This document shows positions 49,214-58,396 of a stretch of DNA of 64,000 nt, piece by piece. Origin of the DNA: a virus (lineage: Duplodnaviria; Heunggongvirae; Uroviricota; Caudoviricetes); the IMG/VR virus record IMGVR_UViG_2651870364_000001, positions 1 to 64,000 of that record, one strand, 5' to 3'. How positions within the stretch are numbered: position 1 is the stretch's first letter; every line of letters starts with the position of its first letter. Below the pieces are notes generated by a model. The model was given only the letters and a program-made list of their open reading frames with translations, made no database searches and had not been told where the DNA came from. Both the position numbers and the translations under genes were made by a program.

Positions 49214-49972
49214 CTAATGTGCAGAAAAAATAACATGCTCCCCTCTCTTTAATGCCCAGCATCCAGCTTCTTCAGTTCTATCTGACTTTCGATTGAAATA
49301 GCATTCAGAACAATTCCCTGTACAATATTTCGCACCAAATTTGGGAGCTGTTGTGCTTCCGTCCTGCCAAAGAACATGACTTTCAGGCAAATTATAAGGG
49401 TTATCTATCTCAACGCCTTTCCACCTAGAGAAGATTACATGCATGTTTTCTGGAATTTCATTTCCTTCATCCAGCCAACGATTGAAATCTGCATAGTTCT
49501 TGGTGAAAAAAAGAACGTGTGTGATTGGATTTTCCAAACAAATCGTCTGGATATACCCGAAATCTTCGTAGATAAGATCGCCACCAACATTAATTCTCAA
49601 TTCTTCAACATACTGTGCCTTAATCTGGTTGCTGATCTCTCGCCAGTATCTTATAGTATCTAATTCATGAATTGCTGAATTTTTCGCTCGATCGTTTATT
49701 ACTGAAGGCATTAACAAATCATTACGTATATCATAACAATCGTTGCAGCACCCTGAACAATTAGGACAATCTATTATTGGAGCAAGTGAGACGGTATAGC
49801 AGTTATTCCCCGTCTTTCTATTTCCTGGCTGAATCTTTACATGAGCGTTGGTAATGTTTCTTTTCCAAAACTCTTTTCGTTTGAGTAACTTTTGGATTCT
49901 CGTATTTATCGCTTCGTCAGAAAAGGTACCAACTTTCTTTGGAGCGATTGTTATCGTTTTTGCTGATCCCAT
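49214..49972 (-). CDS. Hypothetical Cys-rich protein
   Basis: A 252-aa ORF containing CPNCSGCCNDCYD and CTGNCSECY motifs. Confidence 0.45.
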   Translation of the reverse strand: MGSAKTITIAPKKVGTFSDEAINTRIQKLLKRKEFWKRNITNAHVKIQPGNRKTGNNCYTVSLAPIIDCPNCSGCCNDCYDIRNDLLMPSVINDRAKNSAIHELDTIRYWREISNQIKAQYVEELRINVGGDLIYEDFGYIQTICLENPITHVLFFTKNYADFNRWLDEGNEIPENMHVIFSRWKGVEIDNPYNLPESHVLWQDGSTTAPKFGAKYCTGNCSECYFNRKSDRTEEAGCWALKRGEHVIFSAH

Positions 49973-49982
49973 AATCTTTTCT

Positions 49983-50022
49983 TCTTTCTTTAATTAAAAA
50001 AGAGATGCAGTGATTGCATCTC
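49983..50022 (-). terminator. Rho-independent terminator (read on the - strand)
   Basis: A perfect 9-bp stem (AGAGATGCA gtgat TGCATCTCT) is followed by TTTTTT on the - strand. Confidence 0.5.
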
Positions 50023-50266
50023 TTGTATTCTTGGTATATTCTGTTTTACTCTTTAGTTGCCATCGCATTTTTTGGATTGCAGCTACTGAACGATGGATCT
50101 TTTTCGCTAATTCGGTATCCGAGATTTCATGTTTTTGAACCATTCTCATCTCAGCTAATGTCCATCGATGCAACCTATTTCGCCCAGTTGAAGTTCGAGC
50201 GTAGTACTTTTTGTTGTATTCGGCTCTAGCTATTTTTAACTTAGGATTATTTGTGTACCTTGACAT
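49994..50266 (-). CDS. Small HTH / sigma-region-4-like DNA-binding protein (tentative)
   Basis: A 90-aa basic ORF with a helix-turn-helix-like segment (ELAKKIHRSVAAIQKMRWQLK). Confidence 0.35.
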   Translation of the reverse strand: MSRYTNNPKLKIARAEYNKKYYARTSTGRNRLHRWTLAEMRMVQKHEISDTELAKKIHRSVAAIQKMRWQLKSKTEYTKNTRDAITASLF

Positions 50267-50445
50267 TAATTTTCCTTTCTTCGGATAGGTTCTTTCCCTT
50301 CAGCTTCAGCTCGAAGGATCTTGAAAGGGTCCTTACCAGCTTCTTTTGCGGCATAAGCTTCTCGATTTTTCATTTTAAAAATCTCAAACCCGTCTATCTC
50401 ACCAATTTTACAATATTTAGATAAATCTATCATAAGACCTTCTTT

Positions 50446-51252
50446 CTATCGGTTCCGAACCGAAAAATCTGGATCAAGCAAGATCCCGGACAGATAGCAC
50501 GGTTCCCCGTCTGTCTCAATTGCATAACTTCTGTTATTAACATGCAAATAATATTCACAACTACCATAATCAATTCCGTAGTCTTCCATAGCTTTGTGGA
50601 AAGATTCTTCGACTTTTTCTGTTGCTCGTGCGAGTCCTAGTCTTGAAACAGATTCAACGTTTAATCCCGAATGATGGGTGAATTCCACGAAAGTCCACAA
50701 AGATTTAGAAATAGCAAGTATTACTACCCAATAATATAATCCATCCTTTTGATAACAAAACCATCTTGCGTTTTCTTCAGAAGTCTCAATCTTTCCGCCT
50801 GGAGTTTTAAAAAACAATTCCTTTGAATACTCTTTATACATATCAATAACTTCCTTACGAGCTTCAGGCAAACTGGACCGGATTGTAAATTGACTACTCT
50901 TACAACCTTCTCTAGCTTCGATAATAAGATAAGACTTGTCCAAAGACCAGTCCGGTAAAAGTTTCTCGAAGCCTGCTGTGTTAACGTAGTATAACCCGTA
51001 TCCCTCTAACTCTATGACATCACTAATAGACAGTGAACGCCCATAATAATCTCCGGGCAAGTTAATGTTAAATCTCTCGAACAATCTTTCTAGTAGTTCG
51101 TTTAGATTATTTAATGTCTTTGTTTCCCCTTCGTAGACTACTTTATAATCTCTTGGAGAGATCTTGATATTATGTTCCTCTAAGAAATCTACTGACATAT
51201 AGCTATACCGCACTTCATGCGGATCTACAATCTGATAAATTTTGTATTTCAT
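50446..51252 (-). CDS. Hypothetical protein
   Basis: A 268-aa ORF. Confidence 0.4.
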   Translation of the reverse strand: MKYKIYQIVDPHEVRYSYMSVDFLEEHNIKISPRDYKVVYEGETKTLNNLNELLERLFERFNINLPGDYYGRSLSISDVIELEGYGLYYVNTAGFEKLLPDWSLDKSYLIIEAREGCKSSQFTIRSSLPEARKEVIDMYKEYSKELFFKTPGGKIETSEENARWFCYQKDGLYYWVVILAISKSLWTFVEFTHHSGLNVESVSRLGLARATEKVEESFHKAMEDYGIDYGSCEYYLHVNNRSYAIETDGEPCYLSGILLDPDFSVRNR

Positions 51253-51261
51253 TTAATCGCC

Positions 51262-51495
51262 TCACTTTCCTATACTAGAGTGTTCTTTAATCACTCTTAT
51301 ACCATCAGGTGTTCCACGTAAATATAACGTCACTAATTTGTTATCATAGAAACATTTTGGGCATAAACATCCATGGTATTTCATAGGGTTATTATCAACA
51401 CTATACATTCTATTTCCGCAACAATCTGTGATGAAGAACATTCCATTTCCATGTAATTCTTCACAATACTGATAAGTTGCTTCTGATTTTTCCAT
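51262..51495 (-). CDS. Small Cys-rich protein
   Basis: A 77-aa ORF with several Cys. Confidence 0.35.
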   Translation of the reverse strand: MEKSEATYQYCEELHGNGMFFITDCCGNRMYSVDNNPMKYHGCLCPKCFYDNKLVTLYLRGTPDGIRVIKEHSSIGK

Positions 51496-51498
51496 TAC

Positions 51499-51687
51499 TC
51501 ATTCCTCTTCTACGTCCTTGAAAAACTTAACCGCTCTTCCGCACTTAATACATCTCGGCTTACCCTCTTTTTTACTAACAAATTTGATATCGCGAACCAT
51601 TCCGCTTTCGCTATATATAACTTCTCTTGTAACAATTTGTCTTATCTTGTAAACCTTTATTTTCCCACAGTTTCGGCATATAATCAT
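51499..51687 (-). CDS. Small zinc-ribbon protein
   Basis: Contains CRNCGK...CIKCGR. Confidence 0.35.
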   Translation of the reverse strand: MIICRNCGKIKVYKIRQIVTREVIYSESGMVRDIKFVSKKEGKPRCIKCGRAVKFFKDVEEE

Positions 51688-51869
51688 GCTTTGTCCTCAT
51701 TCTCCATAATCAGCTTAACCAGCTTTCTTCTGCAATTGTCGCACAATACAACGGACGTTCCATTGCTACCATCTTGTGAAAACTTAATCCTTTTCGTTTC
51801 TGTCCTCTTTAAGCAACTACAACACCACTCTCTACCGCTTTTTGTACATGCTTCGACTATTTCAATCAT
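51684..51869 (-). CDS. Small zinc-ribbon protein
   Basis: Contains CSCLKR...CDNCRR. Confidence 0.3.
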   Translation of the reverse strand: MIEIVEACTKSGREWCCSCLKRTETKRIKFSQDGSNGTSVVLCDNCRRKLVKLIMENEDKA

Positions 51870-52044
51870 ACGTCCTCACTTTCTTCAAGAGCCGGCTCTT
51901 CATTATCGGCATATATCCGCTCACGAATGGATGTAATAGCCACCGACAAAGCTCGATAATACGGTTCTTCTTTTTCATCAAAACAGCTATATTTGGCTCT
52001 TAATTCACTTAGCAATTTGATACTTTTCCATCTTTTATCTCTCA

Positions 52045-52230
52045 TTACCCTACCTCTTCAATCGGCTTATCTTTCATCTTCACCTTCTGACGCATGGACT
52101 TCTTGAAACCTCTTAACATTCTCTTTTTAATAGCAGACCGACACTTGACTTTTGTTACCCTGCCACAGTCTTTTATGTCATCAAATTGACCATTGGCTAT
52201 CTTATCAGCCCTATTTTTGTATGCTCTCAT
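52045..52230 (-). CDS. Small basic protein
   Basis: A 61-aa, Lys/Arg-rich ORF. Confidence 0.3.
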   Translation of the reverse strand: MRAYKNRADKIANGQFDDIKDCGRVTKVKCRSAIKKRMLRGFKKSMRQKVKMKDKPIEEVG

Positions 52231-52610
52231 TTACTTATCTTCACTTTCTTTATCCAACCATCCGGAACTTTATATATTCCGTCCCAATAATCATCAACTG
52301 CCTCTTCAAAATCAATATGTTTAAGATGACAACTAACTCTTGATGGTTGGTCTGTAAATATACGAGTTTTAAGATTAAAGAACAAATCATATGCTTCACT
52401 ACGAGTTAAACGTGCATCATTTATCAGTATAAGAGCATCATCTATTTTATTATTTTGATTATCATCAATCATATCCCCATTAGGCATCCTCTCTGTAATG
52501 GGAATTGCACTTACCAATGGTTGTCTATCAAGCACTTCTAGCTCCATTGAACAATCGTCATAAGTTGATAATAAGTCTTCTCTGTATTTATCTGCGTCAA
52601 TCAGCCTCAT
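52227..52610 (-). CDS. Hypothetical protein
   Basis: A 127-aa ORF. Confidence 0.4.
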   Translation of the reverse strand: MRLIDADKYREDLLSTYDDCSMELEVLDRQPLVSAIPITERMPNGDMIDDNQNNKIDDALILINDARLTRSEAYDLFFNLKTRIFTDQPSRVSCHLKHIDFEEAVDDYWDGIYKVPDGWIKKVKISK

Positions 52611-52699
52611 TATTCACTCTCTCCTTCTGCCATGCTCCCGACATTCATGCCGGTACCACCTGCCTTGTACTTGTCGATAACCCTCTCAATATCTCTTAA

Positions 52700-54250
52700 T
52701 CGTTACTTAATTCACAAAATTCAAGAAACCTTTTTGTTAGCACGACATCTCATGGCTATGTCACCCTATCTTGTTGATTTTGTGACTTTATAGATAGCTC
52801 TATCTACTGGTATTAGCCTAATACCTCTACCCAATACAACTCAGGCTACTTTTAGTTTAGTTACCTTTTCTCGATGTTTTATTGGTACTGTATTCTGATA
52901 CTTCTTGATAATCTGATAAGCACCATTCACATCTGCGTTAATAATTTCTCCTGTGTTACTTACAAAACAACCTCTCGTCTTTCTACGCTTTTTGTTGTAA
53001 TAATTCTCCGTAGGTAGCTCTCCGTCCAAATAACTCGTACCACTTGTATACGCCTCATTCACAACTTTGACTGTGATACCTACAAGGTTAGCTTTATACT
53101 CTATCATCTGTATAAGCATCAAATACGGAATACCGACAAATACCTGGTTTGTTTTCTTACCCATCTTGACTTGTTGTTTCCAACCTTGATTATTACCTAT
53201 GACTATTATGCCTATATTATTACTAACCGCTATATCCACTACCATTCTACTTACCTTATGTAGATAGTCCTTGACTTTGTTGTTTCGTCTATCGGTCAAT
53301 CTACACATTCGCTTGGTAGCATAACGATTATTCAGTGTCTTTGCCAACTCTTGTAGTCTTGCTGTTTCTTTGTTATACCACTGATTGTTTGCTTTCAATG
53401 GTTTTCCGTCTATAATAACTGGGTTATGCGTGTTACTAAACACGGCAACCACCAAATTGTCTATATTCAGGTCTATACCCATTATCTCGTTACTATCAAC
53501 TGACTGTGCATCCGCTACCTTATACAGTATCTGTATCTTTATCCTACTGCCCGTAGTGATTATCCGTACTTGTGTGATATTATCGTGTCTTGCTCTGATA
53601 CGGATACCCTCAAATGCCTTTGGCAACTCGACATTTCTGTTACTGTCAACCTTGATATTCTGATATGTCAGCACAAGCCAATTTCTGCCCGTTTCTTTAT
53701 CATAATACCTCGGTGGTCTCGGTCTGCCCAACATCGAAGCTGGGTTTTTCTTCCACTGTTTCATACCTTGATAAAAGGCTTTCCAATCTCTACATATCAT
53801 TTGAATACATACTTGAGCCGATGTTGCACTCGGCATCTCTTTATATACATCAAGCCGTTTCAAATACCAACAGAGAAAATAAGCATCTGCTACAAAACCG
53901 TTAGTATTATCTATATACTTAGTGTGTTTTTCTTTACCTGTATGATTATACTCATAAATCGCACAGTTAATACGATATATAAAACCTTTCTCCCAACTGT
54001 CTAATATCTCGCCGTCTTTTAGTTTGTAACTAATCCGCGAACACTGTTTGATTATATAATTCGTATAATTCCGCAGGTTTTTAGACGCAAAACAATACCT
54101 ATCTACTTTCTCGTATAGGTCTTTATTCTTCCGTTTAATACTGTGAGTTTCTGTTAATATCATAATAAAACCTCGCTAAACCAACAACTCTGGAGGACAG
54201 AGCCTTTTTTGTTATATCTAGCGCGACATCTCTTTCGAGAAGGACATTTA
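52700..54250 (-). mobile_element. IS200/IS605-family insertion element, TnpB-only (IS1341-like); boundaries approximate
   Basis: A single tnpB ORF is flanked by ~140 nt (RE side) and ~90 nt (LE side) of noncoding sequence. A hairpin CTCTGGAGGACAGAG sits at ~54193-54207. No tnpA is present. Confidence 0.6.
52841..54163 (-). CDS. tnpB: TnpB (OrfB) RNA-guided nuclease family protein, RuvC-like, with a degenerate zinc finger
   Basis: RuvC-I (MGIDLNIDN), RuvC-II (VVNEAYTS) and RuvC-III (NADVNGAYQI) are present. The usual CxxC...CxxC zinc finger is replaced by TSGTSYLDG...RGCFVSNTG. Confidence 0.75.
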   Translation of the reverse strand: MILTETHSIKRKNKDLYEKVDRYCFASKNLRNYTNYIIKQCSRISYKLKDGEILDSWEKGFIYRINCAIYEYNHTGKEKHTKYIDNTNGFVADAYFLCWYLKRLDVYKEMPSATSAQVCIQMICRDWKAFYQGMKQWKKNPASMLGRPRPPRYYDKETGRNWLVLTYQNIKVDSNRNVELPKAFEGIRIRARHDNITQVRIITTGSRIKIQILYKVADAQSVDSNEIMGIDLNIDNLVVAVFSNTHNPVIIDGKPLKANNQWYNKETARLQELAKTLNNRYATKRMCRLTDRRNNKVKDYLHKVSRMVVDIAVSNNIGIIVIGNNQGWKQQVKMGKKTNQVFVGIPYLMLIQMIEYKANLVGITVKVVNEAYTSGTSYLDGELPTENYYNKKRRKTRGCFVSNTGEIINADVNGAYQIIKKYQNTVPIKHREKVTKLKVA

Positions 54251-55102
54251 TCGTAATTCGACATTTACTAAATCTCCTTTCAATTTATCTAGGATCATCT
54301 GTGCCGTTTTCTGGATGGTTGCCATTGAATCTTGAAGTTCTTTGACTTCTCTTCCAGTTGTCCAGGATCCAATATATTCAAACGAATAGTCCGATGTATC
54401 CAACCCCAAGCAATTCGCAACTACATAGCTAACAGACTCGGCTTCAACTTCCTTCGTCTGACGATCTTTCTTTTTTCCTTCTTCACTACTGTGCAGCAAG
54501 GAATGCGCCAATTCATGAAATACGGTTTTTATCGTCTGCAAATCAGACATGCCTTCTTTAATGGCAATCTTCTGTTTACTGAAAGAATAATACCCATTTG
54601 ATCCATTTGTGATCGTCTCAAATACAATCGGTACGGGAGCAATCTCTTTTACCTTTTCCAAGATCTTAGGAAGAAAATCTACCTGCCCGGTTAGCTCATT
54701 ACAAATTTTCGGTAGTGGCTCACCTTCCGTATCCGACACGTCAAATACATTCACTGCACGATACTTTATAATTTTCACTTCTTCGTAATCATTCTCTGAA
54801 TCATCAACTTTTTTATGTATGGTTATAGGACACGGAGCTATAATACTAATAGCATGTGCACCGTGCTTTACATGACGATTGAACTTACTTTGCCAAGTTT
54901 TGTATCCAGCTACCAACTGAGCTTCGGGTTTTTGCATAGCAATAAGCAAGCTGTTTGAAAACGAATATGTATGAAAAGCGCTCATGACCCGTAAGTATGA
55001 AGCATATTTTTCTGATGTAAGAAATTCTTTTACACCTTCTTCTAACTGTTTTGTTAGTGCTTCTATCTTCTTTGACACAAAATCACCTCCACTTGTTACC
55101 AT
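54248..55102 (-). CDS. ArdC-like antirestriction protein (N-terminal ssDNA-binding domain plus C-terminal HExxH metallopeptidase)
   Basis: Has an ArdC_N/DUF1738-like segment (YLRVMSAFHTYSFSNSLLIAMQKP...GYKTWQ) and a C-terminal FHELAHSLLH zincin motif. Confidence 0.55.
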   Translation of the reverse strand: MVTSGGDFVSKKIEALTKQLEEGVKEFLTSEKYASYLRVMSAFHTYSFSNSLLIAMQKPEAQLVAGYKTWQSKFNRHVKHGAHAISIIAPCPITIHKKVDDSENDYEEVKIIKYRAVNVFDVSDTEGEPLPKICNELTGQVDFLPKILEKVKEIAPVPIVFETITNGSNGYYSFSKQKIAIKEGMSDLQTIKTVFHELAHSLLHSSEEGKKKDRQTKEVEAESVSYVVANCLGLDTSDYSFEYIGSWTTGREVKELQDSMATIQKTAQMILDKLKGDLVNVELR

Positions 55103-55362
55103 TACTTTTTGATAATCTGAACACCATACGAAAAGAATTTTTCTTCCAGTTGCAATTCCAATTCTTCTAAATTAACTTCACTCAAATTGTATTGAGCGGA
55201 CACATCTTCCAAATACGAGCTTGCCTGAATCATTTTCACATCGTCCACATGACCATTGGCCTCATTAATTATGACAAATAGATCAACGCCATCTTTCCCG
55301 TACAAATTAATGTATTGCCCGGTTGCTATCGTTGACGCTCGTCTTTTTTCTATTTGAATCAC
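55102..55362 (-). CDS. Hypothetical small protein
   Basis: An 86-aa ORF, start/stop-coupled to the upstream gene. Confidence 0.3.
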   Translation of the reverse strand: MIQIEKRRASTIATGQYINLYGKDGVDLFVIINEANGHVDDVKMIQASSYLEDVSAQYNLSEVNLEELELQLEEKFFSYGVQIIKK

Positions 55363-55368
55363 TCCTTA

Positions 55369-55566
55369 CTATTCACTAATTTCTTTACCTTGAACAATAT
55401 CACTGATCAGATGCATACTCTTTTTCATCAGTTCCTGATGTTCTGACATATTTCTCGTAAGAAACCCGGTCTTGATTTTTCGCATGATTTCCATTGCATT
55501 ATTCAAAATCTCTTTTTCCTCTTCCTCCAAGTCAAACTGGACGGTTACCCAAGATTGCATCTGCAT
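55369..55566 (-). CDS. Hypothetical small protein
   Basis: A 65-aa ORF. Confidence 0.3.
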   Translation of the reverse strand: MQMQSWVTVQFDLEEEEKEILNNAMEIMRKIKTGFLTRNMSEHQELMKKSMHLISDIVQGKEISE

Positions 55567-55588
55567 AATATATTCCTCCCTTCACGAC

Positions 55589-55771
55589 TCAAACATACAG
55601 CATTAACACATCTTCACAGCGAACCATCCTCTCAATTTCCAGGTGGTTGAACTCGACTGGTATAGAATTTCTACCATCGTACTCCGCGACTTTCTTTCGT
55701 CCTTTGATTATTTTCACTGCAAGCGAATCACTTACAGTTGCTAATATATGATCAATTGTCAAACTCATCAC
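55589..55771 (-). CDS. Hypothetical small protein
   Basis: A 60-aa ORF. Confidence 0.25.
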   Translation of the reverse strand: MMSLTIDHILATVSDSLAVKIIKGRKKVAEYDGRNSIPVEFNHLEIERMVRCEDVLMLYV

Positions 55772-55777
55772 CTCCAG

Positions 55778-56008
55778 TTAATTCTGACTACTTGTTCGGA
55801 ATTCTGTAATCACTTCCCTATCCGGAAGCTTGCGACCAACAGTTATCATATCCTCTGCATACGACACACTAATTCTTTCCTTTGGATTAGCCTGGAGCCT
55901 ATCTATCTGGATTATTAGACTACAAAATTTTTCTAACGTAATTTCCCTTTCTTTAGTTTTAACAAAGAACTCTCCGTTCTTCTGTGTCATTGTCTTCTGT
56001 TTGATCAT
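55778..56008 (-). CDS. Hypothetical small protein
   Basis: A 76-aa ORF. Confidence 0.3.
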   Translation of the reverse strand: MIKQKTMTQKNGEFFVKTKEREITLEKFCSLIIQIDRLQANPKERISVSYAEDMITVGRKLPDREVITEFRTSSQN

Positions 56009-56020
56009 TTAACCACCATC

Positions 56021-56293
56021 CTATTCTTCAATAATTGTAGTTGACACAACTCTTCGGATCCTATAGTTGCCAAAAGCGTCATGATATTTTTTGATACCTT
56101 CTAACAATTTCTCCACACGTTCTTGGCTACATACAGCGTGGAAAGGATGGTATTTTTTAGACCACTTCACTTTTCCGACTCTGAGAATACCATCTTGATC
56201 AACCCCATATCTCGAACAGCCGTCAAAAAACATTTCACCATCTGTAATAATGTATTTCTCTTCTTTGTATAGTAATCGATTTGACTCACTCAT
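56021..56293 (-). CDS. Hypothetical small protein
   Basis: A 90-aa ORF. Confidence 0.3.
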   Translation of the reverse strand: MSESNRLLYKEEKYIITDGEMFFDGCSRYGVDQDGILRVGKVKWSKKYHPFHAVCSQERVEKLLEGIKKYHDAFGNYRIRRVVSTTIIEE

Positions 56294-56488
56294 CTACTTT
56301 ATCCTCTTTCTATGTCGACTATCGTGACTTTTTGCTTCTTGAGCCAAAAATTCACAGAACTTCTTATCGCTTTTACAGTTCTCATATACATCAAATAGAG
56401 AGATTTTACCTTCTCTAAACTGCTTTACAATTTCCTTATTCGTGAACTACCTCTGGCTGAAAACCCCTGGCTTTAGCATAGCTGAGCG

Positions 56489-56878
56489 TCATAATTTTTC
56501 ACCTGTCTTCCAATCGTATCCTCTCTTTGCTAAGATGCGTCTTGCTGCATGGGTAGCTTTTAGATCTTCGTGCCCTCTGGCTGTAATCAGAGCTTTTTCA
56601 ATAGATGATAACGGTCTAATTTTCCCCTGTTCAATTAAGAAGTTGTACTCATCAATTACGTGTTGTCTTTTGGTTTGATACTCAGTTTCAGCTTGCCTTG
56701 CCTCAGTTTCAAATCTTTTTCTTCCCCGAATTGTCCGTAACTGACGGTTTTCACGGAGTTTATCGATACACCATCCGCTCGATGGATCTTTGACACCATA
56801 CTTAGCAAGATAGCCATCCAAATCAATTGCATTCTCAGCAACCAATTTAGAAATAGGAACTACATCATTTTCTACCAT
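56489..56878 (-). CDS. Hypothetical basic protein
   Basis: A 129-aa ORF. Confidence 0.4.
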   Translation of the reverse strand: MVENDVVPISKLVAENAIDLDGYLAKYGVKDPSSGWCIDKLRENRQLRTIRGRKRFETEARQAETEYQTKRQHVIDEYNFLIEQGKIRPLSSIEKALITARGHEDLKATHAARRILAKRGYDWKTGEKL

Positions 56879-57156
56879 TTAGATCACCTTCTCCTAGATG
56901 TGTTTTTTTTGTTAATGAAACTAGATCTTATCTGCTTTCTGTGTTAATGAAATATTGGTTTTACTTTACAGACGAATCAGATTTCGCCAAAGGGCAATAC
57001 TTAGGAAAGTCTTCGTCACACATACTAGTGTGACTTTTTCTACAATAATGCGGAACTTTACCGCCATCATTTTTATCTCTATAGGGGCAATCCCAACAGT
57101 TATTGACTACTATTGTAAAACTCATTAAATCCTGTCCTCCTTATGAAAATTTAGTC

Positions 57157-57708
57157 TTATTTGCCCTTATTAAGAGCTTGTTCCATGATTTCCTTAATTA
57201 AGTCATCAGCTTCGTGACGTGTTTTAGACCAAAGTATCATTCTCTCGTTTATATCATAATGTTCTGTATATTTTGGAGAATAACTCGCTATTCCTATGTG
57301 ATAATGTACGTCAAAAATATTCACACACATATCACATAAAGTATTTAATGCACTATCCCAATCCAGATATTCTTCTGTAAAATTCTTTGTTTCTTCCTTT
57401 TCCCATTTCTGAGGTTCAGTTGTAAAATCGAATTTGCACAAATGTTTAAGATACTTATAATCTTGAGGGATAACGTTTTGAAAATAATTCATTTGAGTTA
57501 TTTCATCTTTAGCATACTGAGCTTTAATCATTTTTAATACCAGTTCAGTATCCTTCCAATCAAGATTAAAACGATTTGTATGAATTTCCATATTTTCCTT
57601 TCCCAATGAAAACACTATTTTATCGTGAGACATTTCTGCACCAATCTGATGTTCACCAGATTTCTCCGGGTACCTCACGGTAATAACCGTAATGGTACCC
57701 GGATACAT
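57157..57708 (-). CDS. Hypothetical protein
   Basis: A 183-aa ORF. Confidence 0.4.
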   Translation of the reverse strand: MYPGTITVITVRYPEKSGEHQIGAEMSHDKIVFSLGKENMEIHTNRFNLDWKDTELVLKMIKAQYAKDEITQMNYFQNVIPQDYKYLKHLCKFDFTTEPQKWEKEETKNFTEEYLDWDSALNTLCDMCVNIFDVHYHIGIASYSPKYTEHYDINERMILWSKTRHEADDLIKEIMEQALNKGK

Positions 57709-57804
57709 CTGGTTAGCTAAATATTGATAACCTCGTGTTTTCTGTCTGTCTCAACCTTATATACACTCAGTCTTTAATGCATGTAACTGTATCCAGTTGA
57801 TATT

Positions 57805-57862
57805 AACCAGTACCGGATCGCTGCATGAACAATAGGGAAGTTGCAGCGATCCGGTACTGGTT
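57805..57862. repeat. Perfect 21-bp GC-rich inverted repeat with a 16-nt spacer
   Basis: AACCAGTACCGGATCGCTGCA (tgaacaatagggaagt) TGCAGCGATCCGGTACTGGTT is seen directly. It is GC-rich within AT-rich DNA. Confidence 0.7.
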
Positions 57863-57970
57863 GAATTGAAAATCAGAACATTGTGTATATTGCTTCATGC
57901 TAAGCCATTACTTTGTGCTTAAACCTTCTTGCGTATTACTCTAGCTAACTGATATTATAAGCTCAGTGCC

Positions 57971-58005
57971 GAAAACGGGCTTGATCAATAGATAAGCCCG
58001 TTTTC
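57971..58005. terminator. Bidirectional Rho-independent terminator
   Basis: A 12-bp stem (GAAAACGGGCTT gatcaatagat AAGCCCGTTTTC) is flanked by an A-run and a T-run. Confidence 0.6.
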
Positions 58006-58106
58006 ATAATGAGCTTACTCATTAAATTGAAGATTATCACACAATACCTCTACGCTAAGTTCTTTGCTCAAGCTAAACTGTACATTGCTTTACTTTCTTG
58101 ATATTC

Positions 58107-58163
58107 GAAGGCAGTGCAGCGAACGCAGTCGTTGATCACGAAGGCGTTGGCTGTACTGCCTTC
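58107..58163. ncRNA. GC-rich stem-loop element (candidate structured RNA)
   Basis: GAAGGCAGT...ACTGCCTTC is a 9-bp stem enclosing ~39 nt of GC-rich sequence, in a region with no coding potential. Confidence 0.3.
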
Positions 58164-58250
58164 AGGATTGAAGACATAGCCATTACAAAGTATCCTGTAC
58201 TAGATTGTGACTGCACTGTGTTTGAACGAGATATTACGATAGTGAGCTGA

Positions 58251-58342
58251 TATATAACAGGTTGAAGCTGTCCAGCAGCCGGTGCTGAGTCAAATCTCTG
58301 ACTCAGCGACCGGAAGCTGGACACGCATCCATCTGTTATATT
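58251..58342. ncRNA. Nested long hairpin (candidate structured RNA or DNA cruciform)
   Basis: The outer stem is TATATAACAG/CTGTTATAT, the middle stem GCTGTCCAGC/GCTGGACA, and the inner stem CCGGTGCTGAGTCA/TGACTCAGCGACCGG. The 62-aa ORF at 58136-58324 is probably spurious. Confidence 0.35.
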
Positions 58343-58396
58343 AAATCATCAAACCTCATGCAGTCTTCTCTATCTCAAGAATTTAATTATGTATAC

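Noticed and set aside
58136-58324. 62-aa ORF as a real gene
   Set aside because: It lies entirely within the GC-rich nested hairpin region, has no RBS and has odd composition. It is more likely structured noncoding sequence.
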